Source: a virus
Lineage: Duplodnaviria; Caudoviricetes
DNA: 64,000 nt
Strand: one strand, 5' to 3'
IMG/VR virus record: IMGVR_UViG_3300021964_009400
Part shown: in pieces, positions 63,401 to 64,000 of the stretch
How positions within the stretch are numbered: the first letter of the stretch is position 1
Layout of the letters: each line of letters starts with the position of its first letter
Notes under the pieces: model-generated
What the model saw: the letters and a program-made list of their open reading frames with translations, nothing else
The model's database searches: none
Told to the model about the DNA's origin: nothing
Made by a program: the position numbers and the translations under genes

Positions 63401-64000
63401 TTGAGTTTAAAATCACTAATTACTGAAACAGTAATATTAGATTCTATGTTTGATATTGAATCAGAAATGATGTCAATCAAAGAATCTATATTAGAACATT
63501 TAGTATTAGAGGGTGTTGATGACCCTGGTATACTAAAATGTGTTTTCATGGCAGGTGGACCTGGAAGTGGAAAATCTTTCACTGCCATGGAAATCTTCGG
63601 TATTGATAAGAAACTCAAATCTTCATTTGCAGCATCAGGTCTTAAATCAGTCAATTCAGATTCAGCATTTGAAGCTGGGTTAAAAAAGAATGGTATTGAC
63701 CCAAGAGATTTGGCAAGAATAGAAAAAGAAGAACCAGAACTTTGGGATAAAATAACAAAAACACCCGATGGTATCAGAAATAAAGCAAAACAACTAACTG
63801 CTAAACAAAAGAAGTTTTACGAAGCAGGAAGATTAGGAATGATTATCGATGGTACTGGTCATGTTTATTCTAAGATTGCAAAGAATAAAAAACACGCAGA
63901 AAGTTTAGGTTACGATACTTATATGGTATTTGTAAATACTTCACTCGAAGTTGCTAAAGAAAGAAACAAAAACAGAGATAGAGTTTTATCAGATGAATTA
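63401..64000 (+). CDS. P-loop kinase (Zeta-toxin/AAA_33-like), 3' partial (not in track)
   Basis: TAAGGAG SD and TTG start; MAGGPGSGKS, IIDGTG, VFVNTSLEVAKERNKNRDR; runs off the window. Confidence 0.8.
   Translation, partial: MSLKSLITETVILDSMFDIESEMMSIKESILEHLVLEGVDDPGILKCVFMAGGPGSGKSFTAMEIFGIDKKLKSSFAASGLKSVNSDSAFEAGLKKNGIDPRDLARIEKEEPELWDKITKTPDGIRNKAKQLTAKQKKFYEAGRLGMIIDGTGHVYSKIAKNKKHAESLGYDTYMVFVNTSLEVAKERNKNRDRVLSDEL

Noticed and set aside
1293-63654. Short minus-strand and nested ORFs in the track (e.g. 1460, 2991, 3796, 19038, 21190, 63190)
   Set aside because: All overlap well-supported + strand genes and show no motifs or promoters.
1-64000. Stop-codon reassignment, inteins or introns, tRNA/rRNA genes
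   Set aside because: Genes tile tightly under code 11 and TAA, TAG and TGA all end genes; PolB motifs are uninterrupted; no tRNA or rRNA signature was seen by eye (tRNAscan not run).
1-64000. Bacterial chromosome or capsule locus rather than phage
   Set aside because: T4-like PolB, clamp and clamp loaders, strict single-strand packing, lone groES, late motifs and virion-type modules, with no core housekeeping genes, argue for a large phage.

Overview
This 64 kb window is AT-rich and gene-dense, with every credible gene on the + strand. It looks like part of a large T4-like (jumbo-type) tailed phage. The host is very probably a Bacteroidetes (likely Flavobacteriia), based on seven TT(T/A)G-N20-TAnnTTT(G/A) promoters, a Bacteroidetes-type TonB receptor and a DUF4494-like gene. 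From left to right it carries: (1) replication and methylation genes (PolB, three orphan DNA methyltransferases, sliding clamp, clamp-loader subunits); (2) a TonB-dependent receptor; (3) a ~16 kb glycosyltransferase/nucleotide-sugar cluster containing groES; (4) a ~9.4 kb cluster of exported proteins (CsgG-like proteins, two cohesin/dockerin-like adhesins each followed by a T9SS-CTD-like lipoprotein, and a Gly-Asp stalk beta-barrel protein); (5) putative late/virion and lysis genes behind a TA(T/C)TTATA motif; (6) a ~12 kb tailoring-enzyme cluster (methylation, sulfation, hydroxylation, amidination, SGNH) in which many unrelated enzymes end in K(S/N)LI. The best candidates for undescribed biology are the exported cohesin/dockerin/CsgG system, the shared C-terminal KSLI/KNLI tag, a DNA methyltransferase with the same PIP-like clamp-binding tail as the polymerase, and Shine-Dalgarno use limited to late/exported genes. 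No tRNA, rRNA or CRISPR array was seen. All family calls come from motif recognition by eye, not database searches.
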